NCBI RefSeq assembly: GCF_041146345.1
Contig: NW_027191404.1
Location: forward strand, 1,488,001 to 1,552,000
DNA length: 64,000 bases
Direction: 5' to 3'
Origin: Neodothiora populina
Taxonomy: Eukaryota
Within the stretch, counting starts at the first letter, position 1; each line of letters opens with the position of its first letter. The notes below the pieces were generated by a model that was not told the origin of the DNA, made no database searches, and saw only the letters and a list, made by a program, of their open reading frames with translations. A program made the position numbers and the translations under genes. This document shows positions 46,691-57,641 of this stretch, piece after piece.

Positions 46691-48494
46691 ATGGGCATCT
46701 TCACAAAGAGTGGTAGCGATGAGAAGCCTGCGGCGGCTTGTCTCGAAAACAAGGATCTGGAAAGCAACGAAAAGACCGCCACATCTCAATACGGCGATGC
46801 GACAGAAGACCTCCCATTTGACAGCATTGATCCTGTCATTGAAGCTAGGTTGAAGCGAAAGCTGGACTTTAACCTTTTGCCGCTCGTCTTCTTCTTGTGT
46901 TCGTATCTAAATGACCATCGTGATTCACTCCCTTGACTTGGCTGACTTTATCAAAGACCTACTGGCATCACTCGACCGATCAAATATCGGAAATGCTAGA
47001 ATTGCTGGCATGGAAGATGATTTAGACCTGGTAGGCGACCGTTACAGCTGGCTGTTGAACATCTTCTACATCAGCTATATCTTGTTCGAGTTCCAGATCT
47101 GTAAGTACATACCTTACGAGCCGCACATGCACCATCGGACGCTCATACTATACCAGTGGCTTGGAAGTGCTTCAAGCCTCACCAATGGGCTGCGTTTGTA
47201 GTCTTTGGATGGGGAGTGGTGTCCACTTGTCAGGCGGCGGTCCAGAGCTGGGCAGGAGAGATGGTGTTGCGCTTCTTCTTGGGAGTGTGCGAAGCTGGCT
47301 ATGGCACAGGCATTCCGTTCTTTCTCTCCTTTTTCTATCTCCGACATGAAGTTGGTTTCAGACAAGGCATGTTTGTCTCCGCAGCACCTCTCGCAACATG
47401 CTTTGCGGGTGCATTGGCTTATGGGATCACGTCTGGACCCGCCGCCATTGCGAGTTGGAGAGTCCTGTTTCTTGCAGAGGGACTACCGACCATTGCCATG
47501 GCACCCGTCGTCTGGTTCTGCATGCCCGACAGCCCACAAAAGGCTCGATTCCTTGACGAGGACGAGAAACGCGTCGCCCTCGTACGGACTATCCGTCAAG
47601 TAGGACCTCAATCGATCGAACGAAAAGGGGCCATCTCTCTCCGCAACGTGTTGGCTGGGCTGGCTGACTTCAAACCGTGGGTCACTTCGCTCATGTACTT
47701 TAGCTGCAATGTCTCCTTTGCGAGCCTGCCTGTCTTCCTACCTACGATTCTGGAAGAGATGGGGTTCGAGTCGGTGACTGCGCAGGGCTTGACAGCACCG
47801 CCATACTTTCTTGCCTTTCTGGTGACTGTCGGTAAGCTTACTTTGACATGACCCGGACAAGAACAAGAACTGACGAGAAATGCAGGGACAACGTGGTTGG
47901 CAGACAGGACACAACAGCGAGGTCTCATGATCGTATGCCTTTCGTTGATAGGGGGTGTCGGCTACATCATGCTCGCGACGACCAAATCCACAGGTCCACG
48001 CTACGCAGGAGTCTTCCTTGCCGCGTCAGGTGTTTTCCCTTGTATCGGCAACATTTTGCCCTGGGTATCCAACAATCAGGGCAACGATGACAGAAGAGGC
48101 GTCGCATATGTCATGCTGAATGTCATCGGACAATGCGGTTCTGTCTTGGCCTCGAACATTTACCCCAAGTCAGAAGGACCCTATTGTAAGTGTTTTTCTT
48201 CTACATATGCCTCGTCGTGAAGGCTATTGAGACTGATTGTTGCCCGCAGATACCAAAGGCGTCTCCATATGCGCGGCATTCATGTTCTTCACCACTTTTC
48301 TGGCCATCACTCTGCGCACGCTGTTGGCGCGGGAAAATCGCAAGCTGGACAGGGAGTATGGGACTGTCGCCGAGCAGGAAGCTCGCGATGAGGCAGCCAT
48401 TGCAGCGGCGGGCGCGGCGGGCGATAAGAACGCCGTGATCCAAGCGGCGTCTGGGGTCGAGAATTACGGTCCGCGGTATCGTTATGTGTTATGA
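46691..48494 (+). CDS. MFS transporter, anion:cation symporter (Tna1/Dal5-like) family; introns 46899-46956, 47101-47156, 47832-47885, 48186-48249
   Basis: RKLDFNLLP..YLLASLDRSNIGNARIAG, LRFFLGVCEAG, WRVLFLAEGLPT, PDSPQKARFL and WVSNNQG. All four introns join in frame. Confidence 0.93.
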
Positions 48495-48822
48495 GTGCTG
48501 AATATACCCCGGGGGTTTTCCTTGTAGGATTTTTGCTTGTTTGTGATCCGTTTCAAGGGATCTTTGATTATGATTATTTGTCATGTAAGCATAGACAGTT
48601 GCAGTAGTACCAATCCCGAAGCCGAGTCAGCTGTGTGAATGCCGAGTTATATCCCCCGTCCTCACTCTCATCCCTTTTCACGATCAGAACAGAAGAAATA
48701 CTCCCTATTTACTCTACTCCGCCACCCCTCCCCCCGAACAACCACCCATTATCTCCACTAACAATCACTCAAATCCCAAATCTGCTTGGCCCGTCGAGTC
48801 CCCAGAAGATGAAAATGAATCA

Positions 48823-49791
48823 CTAGAGCCGATGCAAAACAACCCAAACAGGCGGCCTACTTCCTCCCCTAGAAGCATCCCACCCGACCTCACCCAACGT
48901 CTTCATCCCCTGCCCCTGCTCCTGCCCATCCTCAGACTCTACAGAGAAGCAAACAGCATCTCTGCCCCACCTCCCATCCCCAAGTTCAATAACCTCCGTC
49001 AAGCACCACTTGTGCACTTCCGCGGCGGGCTTATGCAGTTCGTCGACGATCAGGTACGTCAGGAGGTCCCTGAGGGCAAGAGAGGTCGGGGCGCGGAAGA
49101 CGCGGAGAGATAGCGTTGGGGAATCATTTTTCGTGGATGATGACGACGAGGTCGAAGGATTAGATGCTGGGGATGAAGATGACGATGCAGAGGTTGATGC
49201 AGAGGACGCAGAACACGCAGGAGGTAGTTCCCAGACTTTCGTCCCTTTGACGACGTGCAGGATCGTGTGCTGCGGCGGCGGGATGTATTTTATGCCTTTC
49301 CTGGCGCTCAGGTCTTTGCTGTGAGTCGGTGGTGTGTCTTTCTTCCCGTCGCTTTTGGCTGCCTTGTCGTCGTTATCGGCGGCGGCTGCCTTACACGTGC
49401 CCTTGGTCTTGGAGTCTTTCTCTTTCGTCTCGGATTTGGCCTTTTCCTTCCTTTCTCTGCTCTCTTTGGTTTCTTTAGTCTTGCACTCTTTGACGTCTTT
49501 TGCCTCGTTGGTTTCTTTCGTCTTGGCTCTCGCTGACGTGTGAGAGCTACTGCTGCAGGAGGCTTTGACGAGTGCACTCTGGGGACAGGAACGAGCAGGG
49601 CTGATGGCCACGAGAGGAAAGAGCGGGTAGCTGATGTATGCGACTGCTGGGCAGGCAGATGGTGGGATTAGAGAGGTTGGTTGTATCGCTGTTTGGCATA
49701 TCATTGTGGGTGGCGATAATAGGATTGGTTGTGCTTGTGGTTGTAGTTGTAGGTCTTGCACTGTAGGCTGGGAACGGAAATGAAGTAGCAT
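48823..49791 (-). CDS. Hypothetical protein with Lys/Glu-rich middle and a globular-looking C-terminal domain (start uncertain)
   Basis: 322-codon ORF. The C-terminal part (HTILHVVK...LTEVIELGDGRWGR...TLGEVGWDASRGGSRPPVWVVLH) looks like a real folded domain. No function recognised. Confidence 0.6.
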   Translation of the reverse strand: MLLHFRSQPTVQDLQLQPQAQPILLSPPTMICQTAIQPTSLIPPSACPAVAYISYPLFPLVAISPARSCPQSALVKASCSSSSHTSARAKTKETNEAKDVKECKTKETKESRERKEKAKSETKEKDSKTKGTCKAAAADNDDKAAKSDGKKDTPPTHSKDLSARKGIKYIPPPQHTILHVVKGTKVWELPPACSASSASTSASSSSSPASNPSTSSSSSTKNDSPTLSLRVFRAPTSLALRDLLTYLIVDELHKPAAEVHKWCLTEVIELGDGRWGRDAVCFSVESEDGQEQGQGMKTLGEVGWDASRGGSRPPVWVVLHRL

Positions 49792-50587
49792 TCTTTTCGT
49801 TCTGCTGCTTGAAAGACTAAATGGAGATCAACTCGTTGGCCAAGTCTTCGTCTTCAGGATGACCTACGTGCTCGGGTTTTGTAAAGGTGGTTCGTAAGAA
49901 GTTTGGAAGTGTTACTTCCCAAGCAGCGACGATACCGACTTGCAGTGCGAAGTAGAGAAAAAATTGCAAAAAAGGAAAAGGTGGACTACACATGCATCTA
50001 CTTATACTCTTTTCTCTCGCTCAGCTCACGGATCATGACTGTAGATTGCCATGATCAAGTGTAATGCTAACAATTCATTGTCCCCCAAGTTACAGAACAT
50101 GTGATTTCATGGGTGTGGGAATGGGCATATATGACTGTATTTCGTGTTTACATGGTAGTGTATTAGATACCGCAGACAGGGTGTGCTGGACAGGACAGCA
50201 GGGAAGAATGCAGACGAGCGAAGGAGGGTAAGCAGTATTTGGCATGAGGATGTCTACATGAGTGTGGGCAGAGGGACCCTCCGGACTGAGCACGTTAGGT
50301 CGTCGGACATACAGTAGGAGTCGTGCAGGTAAATCGGGCTCGAAACATGTTCTGTACCATGTCATGGTCATGTGGCAAGTAGAAGGTCAGGTGACAAGAA
50401 ACGAGGAACGAAGAGTAATGAGGGATGTGTTTGTTCATGGCGTCGATGTGGAGAATTGTACACAGCCACAGAGCCTTTTGCTACCTGTGCGAAGAGAAAA
50501 GAGGCTAGGAACTGGCTAGCTGGGGTTATCGTTGATGAACGATCATCATTCGAACGTGAGTACAGAAGGCTTGTGAAGCAAAGAGAC

Positions 50588-53500
50588 TCAACTTCCTGCA
50601 ATGACCGCCAATCCCTCATAAATCTTCCTCTTGACGGCAAAGAAGGAACTTTCCTGCGCCCTCGCACCATAACCTCCAGCTCCGAATCCACCACCACTAC
50701 CGCTGCCTTCGACCTCGATTCTGCCAGTGGCGGCTTTGCGCACCACGACAGTCCCGTCAACAAGCAGAGTGCCTTCGCCTCTGAACTCGGCTCGGTGGCC
50801 GGATGCTTGCATCAGTCTGCGTAGATCGGCGAGACGCAAGTCGCCTACGTGCAGGGGTTGAGTGGTAATTTGTGCGTTTGAGGCTGCCGACATCAAGGGA
50901 TTCGTGGGCAAGATGTCCAGAACAGGTTCCGAGTCTTGTTCTTCTGTTACGCTCGTCTTTGTTTTGGAGTCCGATGACTGGTCCTCCTCTATAAGCTTCT
51001 GCTTCTTCGCGGCGCTTTCTTCGCTGCTGTCGCCATTCATGGCATGGTGGATGGTCTCTATGCGGCCTGTGATGGTCACGATGCCCAGTCCCTTGACATT
51101 CTGCCATGTCAATTTCTTGACCAAAGCGCGACTGAGCTTCAGTGTCCAAGCATTGGTCTCCACGCTTGCGTCGACCGTTTCCCCAATCACTGGAGTCAAG
51201 ATGTCTAGGTTGCTCTCATCGCCTGAGCCGAGGAAGCCTTTGCAGTCTGCTGCTAGAGAAAGGGTCTCTGCTTGTTCTCCGGCAACCAGGATCAGCTTCC
51301 TAGGTCTGATGAGCGGGATCAGCATCTGTAGATCGCGCTTCTCGTGCAAGCCGGAGAAATCAATGTATGCAATCTTGAGTTGAAGATGGAGTGTGTGCGT
51401 GCTGAACACTGCTTTCTGGGGTCCTTCTTGGGCGGACTCTCCGGGCTCGTAATCCGATTCCTCTGACTCCGAAGTTTCCGAGTCATTGTTGTTGCCATCC
51501 ATCTGAGTATCGCCGTTTGTTTCGTCCCTGGGATCTCCATTCTCCATCTTTGATCGCTTCGATGCGCCTCCTCGTTGGTGGGAATGATGCTTTTGTCCAG
51601 ACTTGTTTCCGGGAACTGCTTCATCCCATTTACGTTTCTGACCAACCGCGGTCTCGGCTTTCGTTTTTGTGGGATCAGTGGTAAGTTCGTTTGTGTCTAG
51701 ATCATCGCGTTCTTCGGCGCGCAAGTACTCCTCGGGTCGGATTATGTCTCCAAACTCATCGTTGCGGGTTCGCTTGGCAACGAAGGGAAAGACCTTCTCC
51801 CGACCACGTTTGCCTCGCACGTCGTAATCGTATACATTCTTCTTCCGTAAGAGCACGTTGACGCCCAATTCCTCGTCGGTGAGGCCGATTTTTCGTCGAG
51901 AATGTGTCAGAGTAGCAGAAATATTGAGGGTTCTGCCCTGGTGTTCGTGTTCAGACTCTTCCGAACTTTCCGAGGAAGTCGAAGAGTTGTCATCAGCTAT
52001 GGCTTGGTCGGTTTCTTTTGTCAGGGCGTTGTCGCCTTGTAGTGTGCTGTGCATCTGGCGTCGTCGAGCAAGGTATTGCTGGTATGTCAGGCTCTCTTCA
52101 CCTTCCAGTCGGGCGATTTCAGTGCTCTTGACTTCGACTTCTGCACCAGCGGACTCGATGACGTTTCCGTTCTCGCCTTCTTCGCCAGCTTGGTTCTGCT
52201 GTTTCCAGAGGTCCCACATGAAGCGCCCGATGCCGCTTTCGTCGGGCCGCGGTTTTGCGACGCGTTCTGTCAGGACAACAACATTGCGCGAATCACCGAA
52301 TATCTTCTGCAAGGTGTGTCGGGAGAATCCCCACTCTAATGACTTGTCGCTGGCCAAAATGACAGCGGGTTTCCCCGAATTCAGCACGCGATCGAGCTTC
52401 GACTTGCGCTCTAGAAGTTTCATATGGCGAAAATCGAAGGGGGTTTGATCTTGACCGCTCTTGTCTCCATTGGTATTCGAGCGGTTCTGGGCTTTTTCGC
52501 GACCGATGGAAGCTTCCATCTCGCGGACTATGCCTTCGTCCATCCATTCAATCATACTGCGAGCATATCGGAGAGTGGCATTTGCGGATTTGCCGGCCAG
52601 TCCTAGCCTCGTCTTCCTGTATAATTGCGCAGCGGCACCCGTAGACTCGGTGCGCCAGTGATGCTCAAGAATGTACGCCAGCTCCAACATGCGCGCGCTC
52701 GAGTCAGTCGGGATCAAAACGGTGCCTCCTTGGGAAATAGTCTGCTTGACGAGATGCAGCAGAGCGTCGTCTCGTTTCCGTCTTCCTCCAGCGAGATGTG
52801 ATCTTTCGGCTCCTTTACTGCTGCAGATCAAGGCAGTGGGTCTGCGCAACTGCTCGATGACTTCGGCACCTCCTCCACCAGCTCCAAGCCAAGCAGCTCC
52901 CGACAGAACATTCTCCTTTGCCTGGTTCCAGTCGACAGCGTAGACGATGGATTCGAGACCGTGCTGTATGTGCCAAATGGTTCCTCCGAGCGTGTGTCCG
53001 GCATTGTAAGCGGTGATTGTGAGTCCATTAAGCGGCGGCGAGAAGGGCGAAGGACTCGGCTGATGTGGCTGCGAATATTTCAGAGGATTGATCAACGAGA
53101 AGTAGCCAGCAATTTCTTCGACGGTGGGAGGTTGGAGAAGAATGTTCGGATGGGCGCCTGGTTTGGAGAAAGTGGCAGAATACAGAGACTCGGCGAGGGC
53201 TGTCGCCGGGATAATGGAAGCAGCAAGGGGAGAAGAAGCATAAAGATCGTGAATGAGAGTCCTTCCCAGAGAGATGACGGGGGTTGTCGCGTAGACGGGG
53301 ATCTTGGTGAAGAGAGGGAAATGCTTGCAGCAGTGGGCGTAAGCACCCAGATGATCGAGAGTAGGATGAGTCAAGAGAGTGAGAGAGATTGTAGAGACAT
53401 GCCTGTGTATGCAGAAATGTAAGATGTCAATTCATGTTGCTTCATATAGAGAGAGGTTGTATAGCAGATATACAGATGGACAATGGACTGGACCCAGATT

Positions 53501-53653
53501 GACGCACTTTTCTAGAGCAAGTAACTTTTCGGCATCAAAAACTTCATCCCAGCCAACATCAATCAGGATCTTGATACCACCGTCGAGTTCCAACAACGAC
53601 TGAGATGCAGGCGAGTCCGACTGCGCTCCCAGAAGGGGAGTGAACGAGAACAT
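50588..53653 (-). CDS. CFT2: Cleavage and polyadenylation factor subunit Cft2/Ydh1 (CPSF100); intron 53507-53403
   Basis: MFSFTPLLGAQS..LLELDGGIKILIDVGWD, LLTHPTLDHLGA, AYNAGHTLGGTIW, YAVDWNQ and IDFSGLH, with a C-terminal LHVGDLRLADL...AEFRGEGTL. This is the metallo-beta-lactamase/beta-CASP fold. Confidence 0.95.
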
Positions 53654-54071
53654 GTCAAGCTAATGTCAAGCTACCGCGACGACGTTGTACCACACAGCAG
53701 CAAGCCTCTTCCTGTCCTGCACAATCTATACGCCGTAGCGAGGTTTGTCAGTGATGGCGATGGGGAGAGCAGGGCATCGTGTGAGCACTAGCAGGTGCTG
53801 TTATTGCGGAATCATATAGTTGTGTATGGGTCATGATAATGATGATGATAATAAATGAATACAGTAGTTGATACCTGCACCTGTGCACGCGAGTCGTGAA
53901 ACGCGGAGTCTCGGCGATGGATTGAGTCTGTTGCTAGTCATGCAGATGGACATACGATGCATCCATGATTCATGTAGCCACTTCCACAGAGCAGCAGCCC
54001 TACATCATCCTCAGTCCTCAAGTAATTACCTCATGCTGTATACAATTCCACGAGGCAGCACAGTCGCCAAC

Positions 54072-57000
54072 ATGGACCTGCGAACATTCATCTCGGACAA
54101 GCTGATCGAGCTGGTCGGCGGGTCCGACCGCATGATGGTCGACTTTGTGCAGCAGACGGCGAGCTCGGTGAAGACATCCTCGCAGCTTCACGACAAGCTG
54201 TCCACCATGATCGATGCCTCCGAGGCTGACCTCAAGCACTTTAGCGATGATCTGTACGGCCGCCTGCCCCGATCTGCGAATCCTGCAAAGTCGTCCTCCA
54301 AGAAAGATGCTCCTGCCAAAGAGAGCAAGAAGAAGTACGCCCTGCTGGACATGGCCGAGGATCTCGCTCCACCTGCGCCACCGCCTCCTTCATCACGTCC
54401 CGAAAAGAAGAGCAGCAGACGTGCAAGAGACGGCGAAAGATCACCGAGTAGAGAGCGCCGCCACAGAAAGGACCGCGATGACCGGAAGAGAATACGACGT
54501 CGGGACCAAGGCGACTTCGAAGACCGCTGGGGCGACGACTATGAAGCCGAGGAAGAGGAAGAGCCCGAGATGTCTGCGCCAAAACGCGCTCGCATGCAAG
54601 ATGGCTCCGCCAGTCCACGATCCGCCAACGGCACCGATGCGCCCTCCGAGGACGAAGAAGAGAGGGACAGGAAAGAGCGTCAGGCTTTCGAAAAGAGACT
54701 GAAAGAGAAGGACGATCGCTCCTCGAAAAAAAACACAGAGTCATTCAAAGACACGCAGGATCTGGAACGAAGGCGCGCCCTGGCCGATGATCCCAAGAAA
54801 CGTGAAGCCGAACTCAAGGACATCAGACTGCGGTCGCGCCAGGACTACCTCAAGAAGCGAGAGGCCCAAGAGTTGGCTCTGCTGCGGAAGCAGGTCGCCG
54901 AGGAGCAACAAGAAGTGCGGGAGAATCCTCTGTTGACCGAGGAAGAGAAGGCTGAGTTTGCGAGGAATCTCGAGACTTTGCGCATCGCCGAGGAGAGACT
55001 GCGCATCGATGACCACCTGGAGGGATACGCCTTGCCGGACGACTATATTACCGAGAAGGGCAAAATCAGCAGGAAAGCAAAGCAGGATGCTCTCTACAGC
55101 CGCCATGTCGACAGGGATGAATTTGGACGAGAGCGCTTTGTGACCGAGCACGAAGAATGGGAGAGGGAACAACTTGCCAAAACAAATGCCCAGATCACCG
55201 TCGCCGAAAGAGTCAACGAGGGCGACTATGGCTATGTTTTCGATGAAGCACAACAGATCCAGTGGGTCACGGATAACGCCATGACTGGCGGCCTTAACAA
55301 GATGCAGTCGCAGGAAGAACGTCAGATGGCCCAAGCACTCATGGCGGCAGAGCGAAAAGCCATCACCATGGAAGAGAAGAGAAAGTCTCTACCGGTCTAT
55401 CAATACCGAGACCAATTCCTGCAGGCTATCGATCAGTACCAGATTCTCATCGTGGTTGGAGAGACCGGTTCTGGAAAGACCACCCAACTACCGCAATACC
55501 TCCACGAGCACGGATACACGAAAGATGGCAAGATTGTCGGCTGCACCCAACCGCGAAGAGTCGCTGCCATGTCAGTCGCCGCCAGAGTTGCTGAAGAGAC
55601 GGGCACCAAGCTAGGCAACGAGGTTGGCTATGCCATTCGATTCGAGGACTGCACAAGCGACAAAACTGTGCTGAAGTACATGACTGATGGTATGCTGTTG
55701 AGAGAATTCCTTACCGAACCGGATCTCGGGAATTACTCTGCCCTTATGATTGACGAGGCCCACGAACGTACTTTACACACCGATATCTTGTTTGGATTGG
55801 TCAAGGACATTGCAAGAGGAAGACCGGACCTCAAGCTTTTGATTTCCTCGGCCACCCTCGACGCACAAAAGTTCTCCGCTTTCTTCGACGATGCCCCTAT
55901 CCTGAATATTCCCGGCCGTACTTTCGACGTCGAGATGAATTACTCGATGCAACCAGAAGCCAACTATCTGTCCGCTGCCATCACCACTGTCTTCCAGATC
56001 CATTTATCTCAGCCTATGCCGGGTGACATCTTGGTCTTCTTGACCGGCCAAGACGAGATCGAGCAAGCGGAAGCGTCTTTGCAAGAGACCGCGCGCAAAC
56101 TCGGTGCAGCGGCGCCAGAACTAATGATATGTCCCATCTATGCCAGCTTGCCTACTGATCTGCAGAACCGCATTTTCGAACCCACGCCTCCCAAGGTCCG
56201 CAAGGTGGTCTTGGCTACCAACATTGCGGAAACGAGTCTGACAATCGACAACATTGTTTACGTTATTGATCCAGGTTACGTCAAGGAGAATCGATATACG
56301 CCAGCCACAAACATGGAGAGTCTGGTAGCTGTGCCTATCTCTCGTGCGTCCGCCAACCAACGTGCGGGACGAGCTGGTCGTACGCAGCCAGGAAAGTGTT
56401 TCCGCTTGTACACGAAATGGGCTTTCTACAACGATCTTCCGGAGAGTACTACCCCCGAGATCCAAAGGACTAACCTCACTAGCGTCGTGTTATTGCTCAA
56501 GTCACTAGGGATCAACGACTTGATCGGCTTTGATTTCATGGACCCGCCCTCGCCGGACATGCTTATTCGATCGCTCGAACAACTGTATGCACTAGGTGCG
56601 CTGAACGACAAGGGAGAGCTTACCAAAATTGGACGACAAATGGCAGAATTCCCGACGGACCCCATGTTGGCCAAGGCGGTCCTTGCAGCGGACCAAGAAG
56701 GCTGCGTCGAAGAAGTTTTGTCCATTATCGCCATGCTCAGTGAAGCCTCTGCTCTGTTCTATCGTCCAAAGGACAAGAAGCTGCAAGCCGATGCAGCCAG
56801 AGCTCGATTCACCGTCAAGGAAGGAGGCGATCACATGACTTACCTCAACATCTGGAACCAATGGGTCGACAGTGACTTTAGCTATGTTTGGGCCAAGGAG
56901 AATTTCATGCAACAGCGTAGTCTGACCCGCGCTCGCGATATTCGCGATCAACTGGCCAAGCTATGCGATCGCGTAGAAGTCACTCTGAGCTCGTGCGGGG

Positions 57001-57335
57001 CTAGCAATCTTCCACCGATACTGAAAGCGCTAGCAGCAGGCTTCTTCTCGAATGCGGCACGTCTGCAGCGCGGCGGAGACTCTTACCGTACGGTCAAGAA
57101 CAACATGACCGTCTTCTTGCACCCGTCCTCGGTGTTGATCGAATCGAGGCCGAAGTGGATCATCTATTACGAACTGGTATTGACGTCCAAAGAGTTCTGT
57201 CGCAGCTGCTTCCCGTTGCAGCCTGAATGGTTGACCGAAGTGGCCCCTCACTTCTACAAACAGAAGGACCTGGAAAGCTTGGGGGTGGACAAGAAAATGC
57301 CAAAGGGACAAGGAGCGGCCCCTAGCAGGCTTTAA
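54072..57335 (+). CDS. PRP2: Pre-mRNA splicing DEAH-box RNA helicase Prp2/Cdc28 (DHX16), intronless
   Basis: GETGSGKTTQLPQYLHE, TQPRRVAAMSVA, DEAHER, SAT and QRAGRAGR motifs, plus an N-terminal SRQDYLKKRE typical of DHX16/Cdc28. Confidence 0.93.
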   Translation: MDLRTFISDKLIELVGGSDRMMVDFVQQTASSVKTSSQLHDKLSTMIDASEADLKHFSDDLYGRLPRSANPAKSSSKKDAPAKESKKKYALLDMAEDLAPPAPPPPSSRPEKKSSRRARDGERSPSRERRHRKDRDDRKRIRRRDQGDFEDRWGDDYEAEEEEEPEMSAPKRARMQDGSASPRSANGTDAPSEDEEERDRKERQAFEKRLKEKDDRSSKKNTESFKDTQDLERRRALADDPKKREAELKDIRLRSRQDYLKKREAQELALLRKQVAEEQQEVRENPLLTEEEKAEFARNLETLRIAEERLRIDDHLEGYALPDDYITEKGKISRKAKQDALYSRHVDRDEFGRERFVTEHEEWEREQLAKTNAQITVAERVNEGDYGYVFDEAQQIQWVTDNAMTGGLNKMQSQEERQMAQALMAAERKAITMEEKRKSLPVYQYRDQFLQAIDQYQILIVVGETGSGKTTQLPQYLHEHGYTKDGKIVGCTQPRRVAAMSVAARVAEETGTKLGNEVGYAIRFEDCTSDKTVLKYMTDGMLLREFLTEPDLGNYSALMIDEAHERTLHTDILFGLVKDIARGRPDLKLLISSATLDAQKFSAFFDDAPILNIPGRTFDVEMNYSMQPEANYLSAAITTVFQIHLSQPMPGDILVFLTGQDEIEQAEASLQETARKLGAAAPELMICPIYASLPTDLQNRIFEPTPPKVRKVVLATNIAETSLTIDNIVYVIDPGYVKENRYTPATNMESLVAVPISRASANQRAGRAGRTQPGKCFRLYTKWAFYNDLPESTTPEIQRTNLTSVVLLLKSLGINDLIGFDFMDPPSPDMLIRSLEQLYALGALNDKGELTKIGRQMAEFPTDPMLAKAVLAADQEGCVEEVLSIIAMLSEASALFYRPKDKKLQADAARARFTVKEGGDHMTYLNIWNQWVDSDFSYVWAKENFMQQRSLTRARDIRDQLAKLCDRVEVTLSSCGASNLPPILKALAAGFFSNAARLQRGGDSYRTVKNNMTVFLHPSSVLIESRPKWIIYYELVLTSKEFCRSCFPLQPEWLTEVAPHFYKQKDLESLGVDKKMPKGQGAAPSRL

Positions 57336-57641
57336 TTATAGAAAGGAACAAACATGACAGCGCGGTCAGCTTGAGGTTGTTGATCTGCCATCTACCATGA
57401 CGATTATATATCTATTATGCCTGGCTTCTGGCTGAACGACACTTGAAACACGCTTAAGGTATTGTAGCAGCACCCCTCGCCCCACCGCCAAGCCATGACG
57501 CAGCTCCGGGGAACAGTTGGCTGGCAGCTAAGGTACCGTAGTTGCGTGTTTATCTTGAGATACCTTACTTTACTTATACCTTGAGGTATCCTTGTGTCTT
57601 GACCACTCCACCGCTTTCGTAGGATCATATAACAACACAAG

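Noticed and set aside
57324..57335. Prp2 helicase ends in SRL, a PTS1 consensus
   Set aside because: It is a nuclear spliceosomal protein, so the tripeptide is most likely coincidental.
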